From Octopus sinensis (taxonomy: Eukaryota): a stretch of 64,000 nucleotides of DNA. How positions within the stretch are numbered: the stretch's first letter is position 1; each line of letters opens with the position of its first letter. Below are positions 1 through 12,415 of the stretch, one piece after another. A program made the translations under genes and the position numbers. Location of the stretch: positions 1,178,001 to 1,242,000 of the forward strand of contig NW_021825323.1 in assembly GCF_006345805.1 (NCBI RefSeq), written 5' to 3'. The notes below the pieces were generated by a model. It searched no databases, was not told the DNA's origin, and saw nothing but the letters and a program-made list of their open reading frames with translations.

Positions 1-281
1 GGCAGAGACCCGGAAGAAAGACAAGTACGCCTCGCTCGCCGACAGATTCCTCTTTGTGCCTGTTTCAGTCGAAACATCAGGCACATTCGGCCCAGCCACG
101 CTACGTTTTCTCACCGAGAGAGGCCGTCACCTCGGGAGGATTAGAAACGACCCCCGCGAGGTAAATCGGCTTTTTGAGCGCGTCTCAATAGCCGTACTCA
201 GGGGGAACAGTTTCTCTATTCTCTCTGCGGCTAGTAGCTGACTTCCTGTTCCATTTTCTTTTCTATTTCGAAAAAAAAAAT
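1..281 (+). mobile_element. CRE-like (RLE) non-LTR retrotransposon, 3' end
   Basis: Reads KEDKYASLADRFLFVPVSVETSGTFG...LFERVSIAVLRGN, the RLE C-terminus of CRE-type elements, followed by a short 3'UTR and an A-tract at ~271-281. Cut by the window start. Confidence 0.85.
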
Positions 282-375
282 TATCTAATCAGATTAGTAG
301 AAAACTAAAAAAAGTTAATTCCACCCTATCAAGGTCAAATTTGATAACAACTTTAATTTTGATTCATAATCAAAG

Positions 376-758
376 GATTCGGCAAGTCTCTGTTATGGGA
401 TGCGACGTGTTCAGACACTTTCTCGGAGCTTAACCTTCCTTCTTCAGCTGTCGAGGCTGGCTCAGTCTCTCGCAAAACCGAGAAGATGAAGATTGAAAAG
501 TACAAGAAGCTCTCTGAACGGTATCTGTTCACTCCCATCGCCGTCGAGATTTCCGGCGTCATCGGCGAAAAGTCTCTTTCCTTTCTGAAAAAGCTTGGCC
601 GCATGATCTCCCATAAACGGGGAGACCCACGCGAGTCCAAGTGGCTTCTCGAAAGGATTTCCTTGGCTATAGTACGTGGAAACTGTGTTTCCATTTACGA
701 GGCCGGGAATTTAGTTAGTTAATAACTATTTGTCTTTTATTATTATAATTGGAAAAAA
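376..758 (+). mobile_element. 5'-truncated CRE-like retroelement copy
   Basis: FGKSLLWDATC...KYKKLSERYLFTPIAVEISG...ERISLAIVRGN, then an A-tract. Candidate 8-bp TSD AATCAAAG at 368-375 and 759-766. Confidence 0.85.
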
Positions 759-869
759 AATCAAAGAATTTAATTCTGACATCTACAGGGTCAAAAAATC
801 TAACCGGTTGCCAATGCGTAACGCGTTGCCCATGTCACATATTCCATCAAAAGAATATGCAAAAACCGA

Positions 870-1190
870 TTCCAAGGAACAAAAATTTTAAAGACCATGT
901 GTCTATTATGCTTTGTTCAAACATTACAGGAAGCCATAAATTAAAAACAGTTATAATTGGTTTAGATGCTTTATAAATTTTTACGATGGTCTATTCTTAT
1001 TTTATAGTTCACAGAAAGCTTGGATGACTGAATATATTTTTATTGATTGGATTATTAGTTTTCATCTCAAGCGTAAAATCAAAAAGAAGTAAATTTAATT
1101 ACTAATAGGTCATTGTCCTGGACATTGTATCCCTCGAAACTTGGATTGTATTGCGATTTTATTTTTCCTAAAAATTCTACCAAAATATAA
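870..1190 (+). mobile_element. Degenerate Tigger/pogo DDE transposase remnant
   Basis: Fragments KDHVSIMLCSNITGSHKLKTVIIG, SSQKAWMTEYIFIDW and LIGHCPGH match pogo/Tigger DDE motifs (KDRLTVLLC.NA.GS.KLKP, KAWMT, DNCPAH). Contains stops and frameshifts. Confidence 0.7.
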
Positions 1191-1861
1191 AGCAAATTTA
1201 AAACGGGCAAAAGAAAAAGGAATTAGGGATTAAAATTTATTTAAGTAAATTTAAACGTGATTTTTTTCAAATTGGCCATAAACATGTACCAAAAATAGCC
1301 AATTTGCAAGGGTTTATTGTATATAGAAACATGTTATGTTATTTATTTAAGAGAATAAATTGGTTTTGTTAATCTTTTTTCCTTTTATATGATTTTACGA
1401 CTAAGTATGGTGCCTGTCCAAATAATATAACTATTTTCAAGAAATTTTTGGTCATATTTGGACTTATCAGTCAGTTTTATTATTAAAAAACATTTTTTAA
1501 CATTTTATATAAAAATCTATACTTCAAAAGAAATCGTTCAATACTAATGAACTTATTGAATTACATAATTTGACCGAATCGATTATGTTTTTCAATATGC
1601 ACGAAATATTTTGTAATTAAATTTTATTGACTTTTATTGCGTTTATGTGGTCTTCTATTTGTTATAACTTTTTAAATGTTTTTTATTATCCATATTTTAA
1701 TTTTATTTAAGTTTAATATAATTATGATAAAATAAAATTTTTTGATCGCCTTATTTCGAATAGTACGTTTAAACTGTTTTTAATACGTTTTTGTGGTTTC
1801 ATTTAGAAAAAAATATCATTGTTTAAACATTCTTAGATAGGATTAGTCAATAATCTACAAA

Positions 1862-4800
1862 ATGGACGAATTAAAGGTCGTTTTCCTAAAAAACATGTAT
1901 TTTCAGAAATTCACATTCAAAACCATGAAAAAACGTCAACCTAAAAAAATTGAGGTCAAAGATACCAAAGAAGTGGACGAATTAGACTCTCTGAACGTCG
2001 AAGAACTAATCGAACGATTCGAACAGATCCTGGTTTATAAAACCCTTATATTATAGGATGACATGAACTTGGCTGAAGAAAAGCGACATCCTCTTAGAGA
2101 ACAAACTATAAATCAAAAGAAACAAATGATCCGACTTAACAACAGTCGTTCTTACACTGTATTTTGTCACAATAACTATATTTCTGCAGTTGTCGACCCT
2201 CGATCCAGCAGCAGTGATTTCCGACCTCAGAATGGCGGATCACAAGGGAGCTAAAAGACTCACTCTTTTACGGAAACTAAGAGTTAACATTCAAAGCAAC
2301 AAATTGCAGTATTCTGTCTAAATTTCCATAATTGTGCAGGTGGATAAAGTCATTTGGGAGAGAGGGATTGATAATGCTGTTAAGTTTGGTTAAAAAAAGC
2401 ATGTGAGTTAAATATTTTTCATTTTATAGCCCAAAGGACACGGAAAGTGCAATTGAAGCAGTGCGGTGTATATCTTTGTTTATAAACTCTAAAGTAATAA
2501 TAAATAAGAAATATTGTAGTATGGAATGGAAGAAGCTCTGTCGGTGGGACATTTTGTTTATGATTTGTACGAATGCACAGAAACGGATGACTCTTTAACA
2601 TATGAAATTATGCGTATTCTCGCAGCAGTGACGCTTTATTCGAATGGGTTATCCCTTCGTAGTATTTCCAGACATAATGTTGTCCTTACTGATCTGACTG
2701 AACTGGCCAGAAATAAACGGATTTCTCGATTTGGGCCAATTTTGAGCGGAGTTAGGCAAGAGACAAACGAATCGCTGAGAGTTGTTTTTTTATGTAAAAT
2801 TATAGTCAATGTGCCTCCAACTTATCAACGCGTTAGTGACCACACCCGACGATTGGGAATTCCGTCATCATTTGAGGGCGGAATTTATGCGTTTGGGATT
2901 GGGAGAGATGCTAGATGTAGAGGATTGAGTCACATTTTTTTAGAATCTCAAAGACTCGTCTGATAAGGAAGTTGCCAAACACATTGAAATATTCATGGAA
3001 TACACAGATAATGATTTTAAGGACTTTATTGACGGATTTGACGAAGTTAAGGAAGATTTTTAGTAAGGATTCAGAAATGTATGTTTAGTACTGTTGACAT
3101 GTGTTTGGAGATGCTCAAAAAGTCATCTCAGGGCTCAACCTCGGAAAAATCTCTGACTTCGATTTTGCAACATCTCATATTCATAAGGGATGAGCCAGTG
3201 ATTTGTGAGTTATACATGAAACTGATCGAGTGCTGTGTTGGCCAAATTGTCCTCAGGAAAAACAACTATGACCCCGATCCGGCATATAAATTATTCGACT
3301 TTGACATGGAGCAAATTATTTGTAATTTCTTGTATTTATTGCAAGATTCTTTTGAGGGAAAACTGACAGAGAATGAAAGGATTATTGAGAAATTGAAAAC
3401 TGATTATGACGACAAATTGTCGACCTCGCTCACATCAAAAACGGAGGCCGAAACTAATGTCTCCTTGCTTGAAGCCAAGGTTAACATGTTGGAGAACATT
3501 TGCAGGAAGAAAGAACAAAATGAGACTGTTTATTTTTTTTGTTATTTGTAGGCACTTTTTGAGCACGACATTCGTCTGACTTCCTCCTTTGATACACAGA
3601 ATGTGGTTATTTTTAGTTATTTTTAAAGAATGAACTCGACTTGGAAAATGTTAAAACAACACCGATCAAAATCGTTAGTGAAATAAAGTCATCAACCGAC
3701 GAGACCTTGTCTCCACCACCTTCTCAACTGATCATTCAAAACACCCCTATTTTGATGGAAAATGAAGATTTGTCGCCCTCACCAGTGCCACTTGTAATTC
3801 CAGATAATCCGCTTTCGGTGGAAAATGCAAATATTCCGGCCTCATCAGAACCGATGGTGATTGAAAAAAAGTCTCCTTCAGTGAGCAGTGATAGTCCCCC
3901 ATCTGTTGAAAATACAAATGTTCCTCCCCCGCCAGAACCTATGGTGATTGAAAGCAAGTCCCCTTCAGTGAACAGTGCCAATGTTCCTCCCCCGCCACCA
4001 CCAATGGTCATTAGAGGAAAGTCTCCTTCAGTGGGCAATGCTAATGTTCCGCCCCCACCAGCACCGATGGTGATTGGAAGCAAGTCTCCTTTAGTGGGCA
4101 GTACTAATATTCCTCCTCCACCAGCACCGATGGTCATTGGAGGAAATTCTCCTTCGGTGGGCAATGCTAATGTTCCGCCCCCACCACCACCGATGGTTAT
4201 TGGAGGAAAATCCCCTTCAGTGGGCAATGCCAATGTTCCGCCCCCACCACCACCGATGGTCATTGGAGGAAAGTCCCCTTCAGTGGGCAATGCTAATGTA
4301 CCGCCCCCGCCAGGACCGATGGTCAAAGGAGGAAACTCCGGTAGCAATGTTCCACCTCCTCCACCTTTTGGTATGAGTGGAGGTAATGCTCCACCTCCAC
4401 CAATGGGAAATGTAATTCCTAATCTCGTTTTGCCATTTGGAATGAAATCAAAGCCAACATATCCCACAACCCAACCTCCCACCAAACGATTAAATTGGGA
4501 TAAAGTGAGACCGCAAACCTTCAAAGAGGAAAGTGTGTGGACTAAAATGAACGATGAAAATTACGTTGATGACAAATTATTAGAAAAAACTCTACAGATA
4601 TTTGCATCTAAACCTAATGCGAGTAAAAAATAGTTACATAAAATATAGGAGCTGAACGGACTGAGACTGTCGCGAGTACTAAAAAAGTTAAAGAATTCCG
4701 CGTTTTGGACGGAAAAGTTGCCCAAAATTTTTGTTTGTCATTCCATCAAATATTATAGCGATTATGTTTGGACAACTAAGAAAGTCTCCTGATGAAATAA

Positions 4801-6062
4801 AACAAGCATTTCTTGCCATAGATTCGCCCATGTTGACACTGAACCTTGTTGAACAGTTCATTAAGAATCTCCCAAGCAATGACCAGTTGGAAATGCTGAA
4901 AGAAATAAGAGAAGAAATAGACGATTTGCAGGACTGTGAGCAGTGTTTGGCAGTTGTATGACATTCAATTGTCGATATCCATAGTTAACAGACATTCCTT
5001 TCTTCACATACGTTTAGAGTGTATTTTGATACGAATGCAGCATTCGGAGTTGTTGATGGAGACCAAGGCCGTATGAAATGTGTTTTTATTGAAGGCAATT
5101 TCCTCCGTGACTGCAGCTTCTTCTGAAGTTGTGAAAAGTAATAAGTTGAGTGTACTGCTCAACTTGATTCTTTCCGTGGGGAATATTCTCAATGCTAATT
5201 CACGGAACTCGGATACCTATGGCTTTAATGTTACATTTCTTACTAAGGCAAGATACTTTGGAAAACCTGTAGTTGGTAGACACAAAATCTGTCGACAATT
5301 CATTCAACTTTCTCAACTATATTGCCAAAATAGCTGAAGAGAAATATCCGAATATTGTCGATTTTCAAACTGATTTGATGTCTTGTTCGAAAGCCTCTCT
5401 AGGTATAAGTGAGGTTTTATATTTAGTTAATATGGAGGATATTTCTAGGTCGATAGGTGATATCCAACGTCGTCACAAAAAACTGTGTCAAGCTGTATCA
5501 TCATATGAGGCCGTGGACTCTAGAGACCAATTTAAACCGATATTCGGGGTTAGAATTGAGGATTTGAATTGTAATAGAAATTAGTTGAAGATATGGAAAA
5601 GCAGATCGAATTGTTGGATAAAATGAAGGAGAATATGGCCGAGAAGTACAAGGCAGTTGTCGATTATTTTTCATTTGTGGAAAAGAAGCTTCCAAGCCAC
5701 GAATTTTTTTCTATTCTATCCAATTTTTGTAACCAATTTTCGGTTAGTTGTAATTGTCGAGTTTGACAGAGTGCTGTAAATGAGAATGCTACGGCCAAAA
5801 TGATAGCCGAAAAGAAAGAACGGGCGAGAATTGCCCAAGAAAAAGCAGAAGAAAAGAAAAGAAAATCGATTTTTAATGGTATTTGGTGACTCACTTTAAT
5901 TTAGTTGCACATGGGGAAGAAGGTGTTGTCGATTCGTTGCTTGAGGCTCTCAAATCTGGATCAGCTTTTAAGAAGGGACCTGAACAACGAAAAAGAAGAC
6001 GCCCCCGAAGTATATTTGTCTTTTTTATTTTAGATGATCTGCTTATAAATATAAACTGTTAA
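1862..6062 (+). CDS. DIAPH: Diaphanous-related formin (GBD/FH3-FH1-FH2-DAD), many micro-introns
   Basis: Spliced peptides CLQLINALVTTPDDWEFRHHLRAEFMRLGL (FH3), a polyproline FH1, KRLNWDKV (FH2 lasso), LNLILSVGNILN...YGF and GEEGVVDSLLEALKSGSAF (DAD). GT-AG introns of about 24-31 nt restore the frame. Confidence 0.93.
3905..4330 (+). repeat. 63-bp coding tandem repeat (~7 units) forming the formin FH1
   Basis: 21-aa unit GKSPSVGNANVPPPPPPMVIG repeated in ORF 3641-4633; successive 60-base lines shift by 3 nt. Confidence 0.9.
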
Positions 6063-6345
6063 ATTTAATCTAACTTGAAGCTGAATATTATTTTTGTGGC
6101 TTTTTAAAAATATTCGTTGTTTTGGATCAAATAAGTTGATTTTATTTCTAGCAATTTTCGCCAATTTAAAAATAAAATTTTATAAGTTTTTAACAACCAA
6201 AAATGCCTTTGAAAAGCTGACTTAATAAATGCAGTAAAAATATTCTTAAAATATAAATTAACAATATTTTATCCCTTAATTGTATTAAAAATGAAAACAA
6301 TAATTGGAGAATATAACTAATTGGAACAAATTTATGAAAAACCAA

Positions 6346-6836
6346 CTAAACAAGTAATTTTTCGATTTCTCCCCTGATTGTATTGAGAGATGAAGTCAGA
6401 CGGGAGCCCTCCCTGGAAATAACGGAACAGGCGACTGTGGGACGAGAAATACCACAACTTCTTCCCAACACTAAAAAGTAACATAAACTAAAAAATTCAC
6501 ATTCTTTTGAGGATATAAAGACATAAGGGACGTTTTTATCTTCACATAAAAGTGGAAGATGGAGCACAATTTCAATTGGAGTTACGTCTGCTGCCATAAT
6601 GATGAGTTCGGCCTTTCCGCGTTTGAGCATTTTACATACTATTTTGGATTATGAAATGAAAACCCTCATTGGCTCCAGTTCGGATTTGTTTTAATGGCTG
6701 GGCTTGAGTTATCAGGTTGATTATTTTTTTGCTGAGAATTGCATCTGCAAAGGGATATGCTTTCGGGTTAACTTCCTAAATTAAATGAGTATAAATAGTT
6801 TGAGAATAAATTAATAAATCCAACAACAACAACCAT
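6346..6836 (-). CDS. SNU13: SNU13/15.5K L7Ae-family snRNP/snoRNP protein
   Basis: M|[11 protein letters not shown]...GANE|[46 protein letters not shown]|[11 protein letters not shown]; three GT-AG introns. Confidence 0.95.
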
Positions 6837-6946
6837 GTGATTGTATTATATGTACTGTTATTATTTAATTTTATAAAAAATAATAGAAAATTGTATTAAG
6901 ATTTGTTTTATTTTTAAGCTTTGATTAGATAAATATTATTAATTAT

Positions 6947-8864
6947 TTATTTTTTTGAATGTGTTGACCCTATGTCTTTTTAAAACTATTCTACCTGAAC
7001 ATTCAGAAAATTGTTGATTAATTAACGGATTTTTTACTTGCAGTAAATTCACAATTTTTTCATAGTCTTCGTGGTTTATGTCAAATAAATTATTCTAATA
7101 ATATGTTAAATTAATCGGATTCACATTGAGATTTAAAGAAAACAGGCCCTCTCCAAGAGAATATTTTTCTTCGTTATTTTTTTCACAATATTGAAACTGG
7201 ACAGCTTTGAGTAGGGAATCTAATCCTTTTTCGGTTATTTTGTTGTCTAAAGTAATGTGGTTAACCAACGTGCAAGATTCAAGTTGACTAATGTAGTATT
7301 TCCTGTAACAAAAACTCTTCCGTCACTCACATTTGTCTTTTCAGCTAAAATGTCTTTGATGTCTGTTATAGCAGTCTGGAATATTACATTTTAGATTCCA
7401 ACTGATTCAAAATTGTGTTTTTCTTTGTAATTTTTCTCCCGTAATTTTGACAGTGGTCGCTGTTCTTAAAATAAATCTTTTTTTATAACCTTTTTTAGCG
7501 TGTCTTTCACTTTCCTTTTTAGAAATCTTTCCTGATTTTTGTTCATCTTCTTTCTAAGAAAATATTTTTGTTTTTAGGAACCTTTTTCTTATGGGATGAT
7601 TTCGGTGCTGTTTTGTGCGTTTTTTCCTGAGTTTTTTGACTTGCAGTTTCAAATCCAGTTCCATCCTTGAAAATAAAACTCAATATTTTTATACACTAGA
7701 ATCTTTTTCGGATTTGATTGTAATTTTTTGTTTGCGTCTTTCCACAATTTCCGAGTGTTTCAGTTCATATTTTGTTAGAGCCTGAATATAAAATTTTGTG
7801 TAAATTTAACTTCGCTTAACGAGGCTGATCCTTCGTCTCCAATATAATTATTCGATAAATCAAGTGAAAGCAAAGAACGGTTTTGTTTTAGACCCTTTGA
7901 AGATAACATTTTTCAAATTACATTGGCCAAATGTGTCGCTCCTTTGTCTGTGATTTTGTTATTGGATATGTTTAACGACACCAAATCACAATGTTTGACA
8001 TTTTGCAAGCTTTTTTCAATCATTATGGCATTGTTGTCAATTAATTTATTAAATCGAAATGACAGAAATTTTATCCTTATAAGAATATTGTATAATCATT
8101 AAATACGCAGATTCGTCGTTAATGAATAAATGATAAGTTAAAAGGTAGTCAGAATTTCCTTCCAAATTCAAAGTTCTATTTTAATCGGTAAAAATACTTA
8201 AACCTTAAATTTTTCATTTTATTAACGCATTTTAGCAACTTGATTGAAGCTTCTGTATTGAAGCTGACGTTCCAAAATCTAGAATCCATTTAATACCTTA
8301 ATTTACTTAATTGTGGTCAATTTTTCTATAGAACTCCAGCATTTCGTCAAAATATCCATATAGTTTACAATATTCCAATCTTCATATTTTATGTCATTTC
8401 TTACCTTTAATTGCACATTCTGAAACATCTGGTTTATCTAAATTATCCTGAACGACTGTAATTTTGGGGGAGAAAAATTCGCAGTTGTCGACAAGCTTGT
8501 AGCTTTTTATCGCTAAATATATATAGAACATAAAATCTTGCATTTTTCTGAAGAATAGCTTTCAACTTCGACTTGGCTAGTCTTTCCTGTAGCTTTACTT
8601 TTCTGTTGTTTATATTCGTGGACTGCGGATGATTGACTTATTTTTTCCTGCGTAACAATCGGCGGAATAAATGAGAATTCTGCCCGTTTGCAAAGCTCGG
8701 GGAAATCAATAAAAATATTTCCGGTGCATTCGTACATGGATTCTAAATTTATTTAAATATATCTTATTACCGCTTTCTTCGCTGGTAAATTTCTCTTTTT
8801 GTTTTTCATTTCCTTTTTTCTTTAAACGGGATGCTAACAATCATTATTATAAAACAAAACCCAT
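6947..8864 (-). CDS. LRRC71: Leucine-rich repeat protein 71 (ciliary LRR protein)
   Basis: YECTGNIFIDFPELC, GLKQNRSLLSLDLSNNYIGDEGSASL, YELKHSEIVERRKQ and DGRVFVTGNTTLVNLNL...NKITEKGLDSLLKAVQFQ match LRRC71 signature segments as I recall them. Confidence 0.8.
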
Positions 8865-8919
8865 TATTTCAATATTTCTATTGGATATATTTTTTTTACT
8901 CAAATTTCATTTTTTTAAT

Positions 8920-9420
8920 TTTATAATTTTAAATAAAATTTTGACTGTTTAATACCCGTCGTCAAACTGTCCGAATATAAACAACCTGATTGGAAGAAAC
9001 GAGTCTTTAATTTACTACGGGAGTAGTATCCAAGCGGCATTTCGTAAAAGTAATTAGGCCTAACTCAAATTTGCAGTCACTGCCACCATTTTTTGAAGAA
9101 AAAGTTTTTAGATTGAATTTTAAGAGAGTCCAACTCCAAAGAAATGGCATACGTGAACATAATGTCCGCCACTTCTTCTACTAGCCATCTCTTTTTTTCT
9201 TCAAAATCAGGAATAAACCAGTAACGTTAGCCATTTTCTTAATATCTGAAAATTTCAAGTCGATGAAACTAACTGAATAACATTAAAAGTTTGCAAGCCT
9301 AAAAAACAAGTATGAAAACTTTCAAAATAGATTTTTTGACTTAAGGAAAAACTGCTGGAATCATTCAAACTAAAATTTAATTTTTCCTTAAGTCTTGCAA
9401 ATTTCTCTCAGGTTATGATT
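8920..9420 (-). CDS. Putative small multi-exon gene, unidentified product
   Basis: Manual splicing gives an open peptide ...KKMANVTEKKRWLVEEVADIMFT...KKWWQPNYFYEMPLGYYSRSKLKTRFF. No family recognised; start codon not resolved. Confidence 0.35.
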
Positions 9421-9481
9421 GAAATTTTGGCTTTGAGATATTTAATCAAAAAATTTATTCAAAAAACGACATTTTAAATCA

Positions 9482-10669
9482 TCACCAAAAATCGTTTTTT
9501 TCATCCGTCATGTGAGATATTTGGGACACAGAAGACGCAATATTTAAAATATCCGCACTATTTGTTGACGATTTTTGATCTGAAAAGAATTCATTTTCCT
9601 CTTTAACATTGTCATTGTCAATGCTAAAATTATTTTCATTTTCTTGAGTTAATTTGATACTTTCGTTTTCTTTAAATAATTCATTTTCTGGTGAAACTTC
9701 ATAATTCGATATGCCTTCAGTTATTTTTTGGGTTACTAAGGTTGAATTTTGTGACACGTCAGTAATCTCAGTGGACTTTTCTTCGAGATCCAATTCTTCG
9801 TTACATTCTTGGTCAGACAAATCGTCAATATTATCAAATGAGTACAAAAAATGTTTGATTTTAGATTCCAAGACAGAGCTTCTATTTTCGAGATTTTTAA
9901 AAAAATCGGAAAATTTTTTAGAACTTTTCTGACTTTTCTGAAGTGGAATATGTTCATCCTCTTTATATAATTGAGACAAGTCTTTATACGAATTTGGATC
10001 ATTTTTTTGATTTGACATTATTTTTATCTCATCTTTGATAGATTTTATTTCTTCTCTTAAATCTTTGAGTTCATTCATTATGTTATTTTTGATTTCAGGA
10101 AGTGGTTCTTGTGGAATGTCTCTCTCAACTTTTTTATAAAGTATTTTTTGATCCTGTTTTTCATCCAGGAATTGACTTGCTTTTTCTTCTATTTGATAAT
10201 CGTCGAAAAAGATCGAGCCATTAGTTCTATATTTTTGTTCTATTGACCTTAACCGATCATGAAAGGAAAGTGAATTTTCAGTTTGTATTCCAACTGTTGA
10301 TGTTTTTGTTGTCATTTTTTTACACAAAGTATAAAGAAATGATTTCCCTGTTTCTGGAAATAAGCCATTTAATGATCTCATTAACATTTCATTTATTTGA
10401 CGTGGATTATGGAGAGATATCGAGGCTTCAGGAACGAGTACACTGCATGATAGATTCAAGTTCATTTCTTGAAGGTGATTGACTACTAATGCGTTCACAA
10501 TGTCGATTATGTTTGATTCGAGGTTACCTTCAGTTTCTGGGAATGTGCAAATTTTATTTTGAAACACTTCTTTGATGACATGTTTACGAAGATCAAGGCG
10601 AATTTGTTCAAAAACTTGACATTCATTAAATTTTTTAAAAAGATTTTTTCTGAATTCATCAATTTCCAT
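9482..10669 (-). CDS. OFD1: OFD1-like LisH centriolar/basal-body protein, 395 aa, apparently single exon
   Basis: N-terminus EFRKNLFKKFNECQVFEQIRLDLRKHVIKEV and LisH-like IVNALVVNHLQEMNLNLSCSVLVPEAS match the OFD1 N-terminal domain; a coiled-coil follows. Confidence 0.75.
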   Translation of the reverse strand: MEIDEFRKNLFKKFNECQVFEQIRLDLRKHVIKEVFQNKICTFPETEGNLESNIIDIVNALVVNHLQEMNLNLSCSVLVPEASISLHNPRQINEMLMRSLNGLFPETGKSFLYTLCKKMTTKTSTVGIQTENSLSFHDRLRSIEQKYRTNGSIFFDDYQIEEKASQFLDEKQDQKILYKKVERDIPQEPLPEIKNNIMNELKDLREEIKSIKDEIKIMSNQKNDPNSYKDLSQLYKEDEHIPLQKSQKSSKKFSDFFKNLENRSSVLESKIKHFLYSFDNIDDLSDQECNEELDLEEKSTEITDVSQNSTLVTQKITEGISNYEVSPENELFKENESIKLTQENENNFSIDNDNVKEENEFFSDQKSSTNSADILNIASSVSQISHMTDEKNDFW

Positions 10670-10698
10670 TTTAATACAAACAAACGACTTTTCAAAGC

Positions 10699-10712
10699 GT
10701 TTCTATAGAAAT
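10699..10712. promoter_or_regulatory. X-box (RFX-site)-like palindrome
   Basis: GTTTCTATAGAAAT, a 13/14 match to GTHNYYATRRNAAC, 30-43 bp upstream of the OFD1 ATG. Confidence 0.5.
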
Positions 10713-10839
10713 AATTTATTATAAATGTTTTTTTTCTTAATCTTTTAGTAAATTTGATTATAATTTTTGGTTGTAGAAATATCCAAATTTGGATTATATT
10801 TGTTTATTTTTTAATTTCTGCAAGAATATATTAAATAAT

Positions 10840-11857
10840 TCATGCCTAAGAAACTCAAAAACGGAGTTTAAAGAGATTCAGAAACTGGAATTAATAGCCT
10901 GTGCAAGTTGGCTTCCCCGTGACGGATACTCAAAAAATTCTGTCCAAGATTGACTTAAAGAATGAGTTCAATCCCGTTAGAAAAGACTTGAATCATGTAG
11001 CCTGCCGATCGTCTACACGGCCCACTCTACTCTTTCAGTAGTTATATTTGGAACATTCTCATCAACTCTTCAAGAGGAGTTCATCAAGATGATTATTTTT
11101 GAAGACTTTTATTTTCTCTCGAAATTCAAAAAACCGAAAAATCGTGTGAAACGGATCTTAACCTATGATATCTGGAGGATCTAAAAAACCCCTAAAACTA
11201 TCCTGGGAACGCTTGAATCACATTTTTAAATTTTCAAACTTGAATTCAGCTATTGAAAGAGCGAAATCGTAAACATCAATACAGACGAATCTATCTTTAA
11301 GAAGTGGAGTATAGAATTTAACAAACTGCTGCTTGGATGCACTTTCTTCACAAATAAGGCTTGATATTTTTCGGATAACCTATATTTGAAAGAAGGGCCG
11401 AAGATTTCATAAAGGCTAAGGTTTGCCAAACCACATTAGACTTTTTTCACTAACGAACTTCTTATCAATCCCAAAGCTAACTTATTTAGTGAGAAGTCCT
11501 ATAAAACAATCAATTTACTGTAAGATTACGCTGAATTCATAAAAAAAACCTGCGCAGGAAGCATTTTAAATATTTGCTCTGATACACGTGCATGGTGTCA
11601 AAATATCCTATCAATTTTCCTTTTAGGGATCAGTTTGACCACTCCAATTGACTCAGCGCCCGAGGAATAGGTCCTCTCGTCCAGAAAGATGATTGACATT
11701 GTTCTTTTTCAATACAATAAACAGAGAATATTTTTTGATATTGATGCTTTGCTTGCTGGTTGTGGAAAACTGGGACTGTCTATTTCATCTAATATAACTC
11801 GCCAATCGCAATGGACACTATTCTACGTAAAAGCGTACAAAGGATTAAATGAAGCCA
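10840..11857 (-). CDS. Probable multi-exon gene of unknown function
   Basis: Raised GC, GT-AG micro-intron candidates and exon-like frames (LICEESASKQQFVKFYTPLLKDRFVCIDVYDFALSIAEFKF). I could not build a full model. Confidence 0.3.
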
Positions 11858-11884
11858 TGAACTAAAGACAGCTACTTTGCTTAG

Positions 11885-12330
11885 AAGTAGCTTGGATAAA
11901 ATTTTACTCCTGTAAGACAACTGGCTGCCTTCTGGACGACAAATCGGTGAGAATCAGAATCTGCTTCGGCTTGTCCTTTTCGGCCAAAAAAACAATTTTT
12001 TTTGGCCGACAAATTTAGCCAACATTCCCTCTCATGTCGCAGCAGAATTTGACGCTTTTCACGACATGCCGAACTAAACCAGATCGTCTGTCGCTTTCTC
12101 TGAATGCTATATTCCACTTTCAACTGAAGCATGCAGGGATCTTTGCCGAAGATGGCAGAAGATCTGATGGGATGAAAACGTCTAGTCTGGGAAGTCACGT
12201 ACGTAAACTTCTATTCCCCCCAGAACATAAAATCAGAGGATTGACTCGATAATAGATAAAGTAATCGGGGACCTATCTTTGGCTATAAACAGGAGTAATG
12301 CCCTGCTATCCGCCAATAAACATTTTCTGG
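11885..12330 (+). mobile_element. Degraded, internally deleted CRE-like retroelement copy
   Basis: AWIKFYSCKTTGCLLDDKSVRI and LSCRSRI-RFSRHAELNQIVC align with the copy at 61356-62054; contains stops and deletions. Confidence 0.75.
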
Positions 12331-12415
12331 TTCGATGAAATTAAGTCTCGTTAATAAAGCTCCCAAGAAATAAATAAATTTTATTTGATAACCTATTATC
12401 TTGTGGGTTCTAGTC

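Noticed and set aside
3736-4524. 262-aa Gly-rich minus-strand ORF (and + ORF 4137-4376)
   Set aside because: Antisense or alternate-frame shadow of the polyproline FH1 repeat.
6947-8864. LRR gene as U2A' or an NLR
   Set aside because: Signature segments (ELKHSEIVERR, GNTTLVNLNL..NKITEKG) fit LRRC71.
6947-10669. Myxozoan origin of the sequence
   Set aside because: Ciliary/centriolar genes OFD1 and LRRC71 argue against an aciliate lineage; this is inference, not proof.
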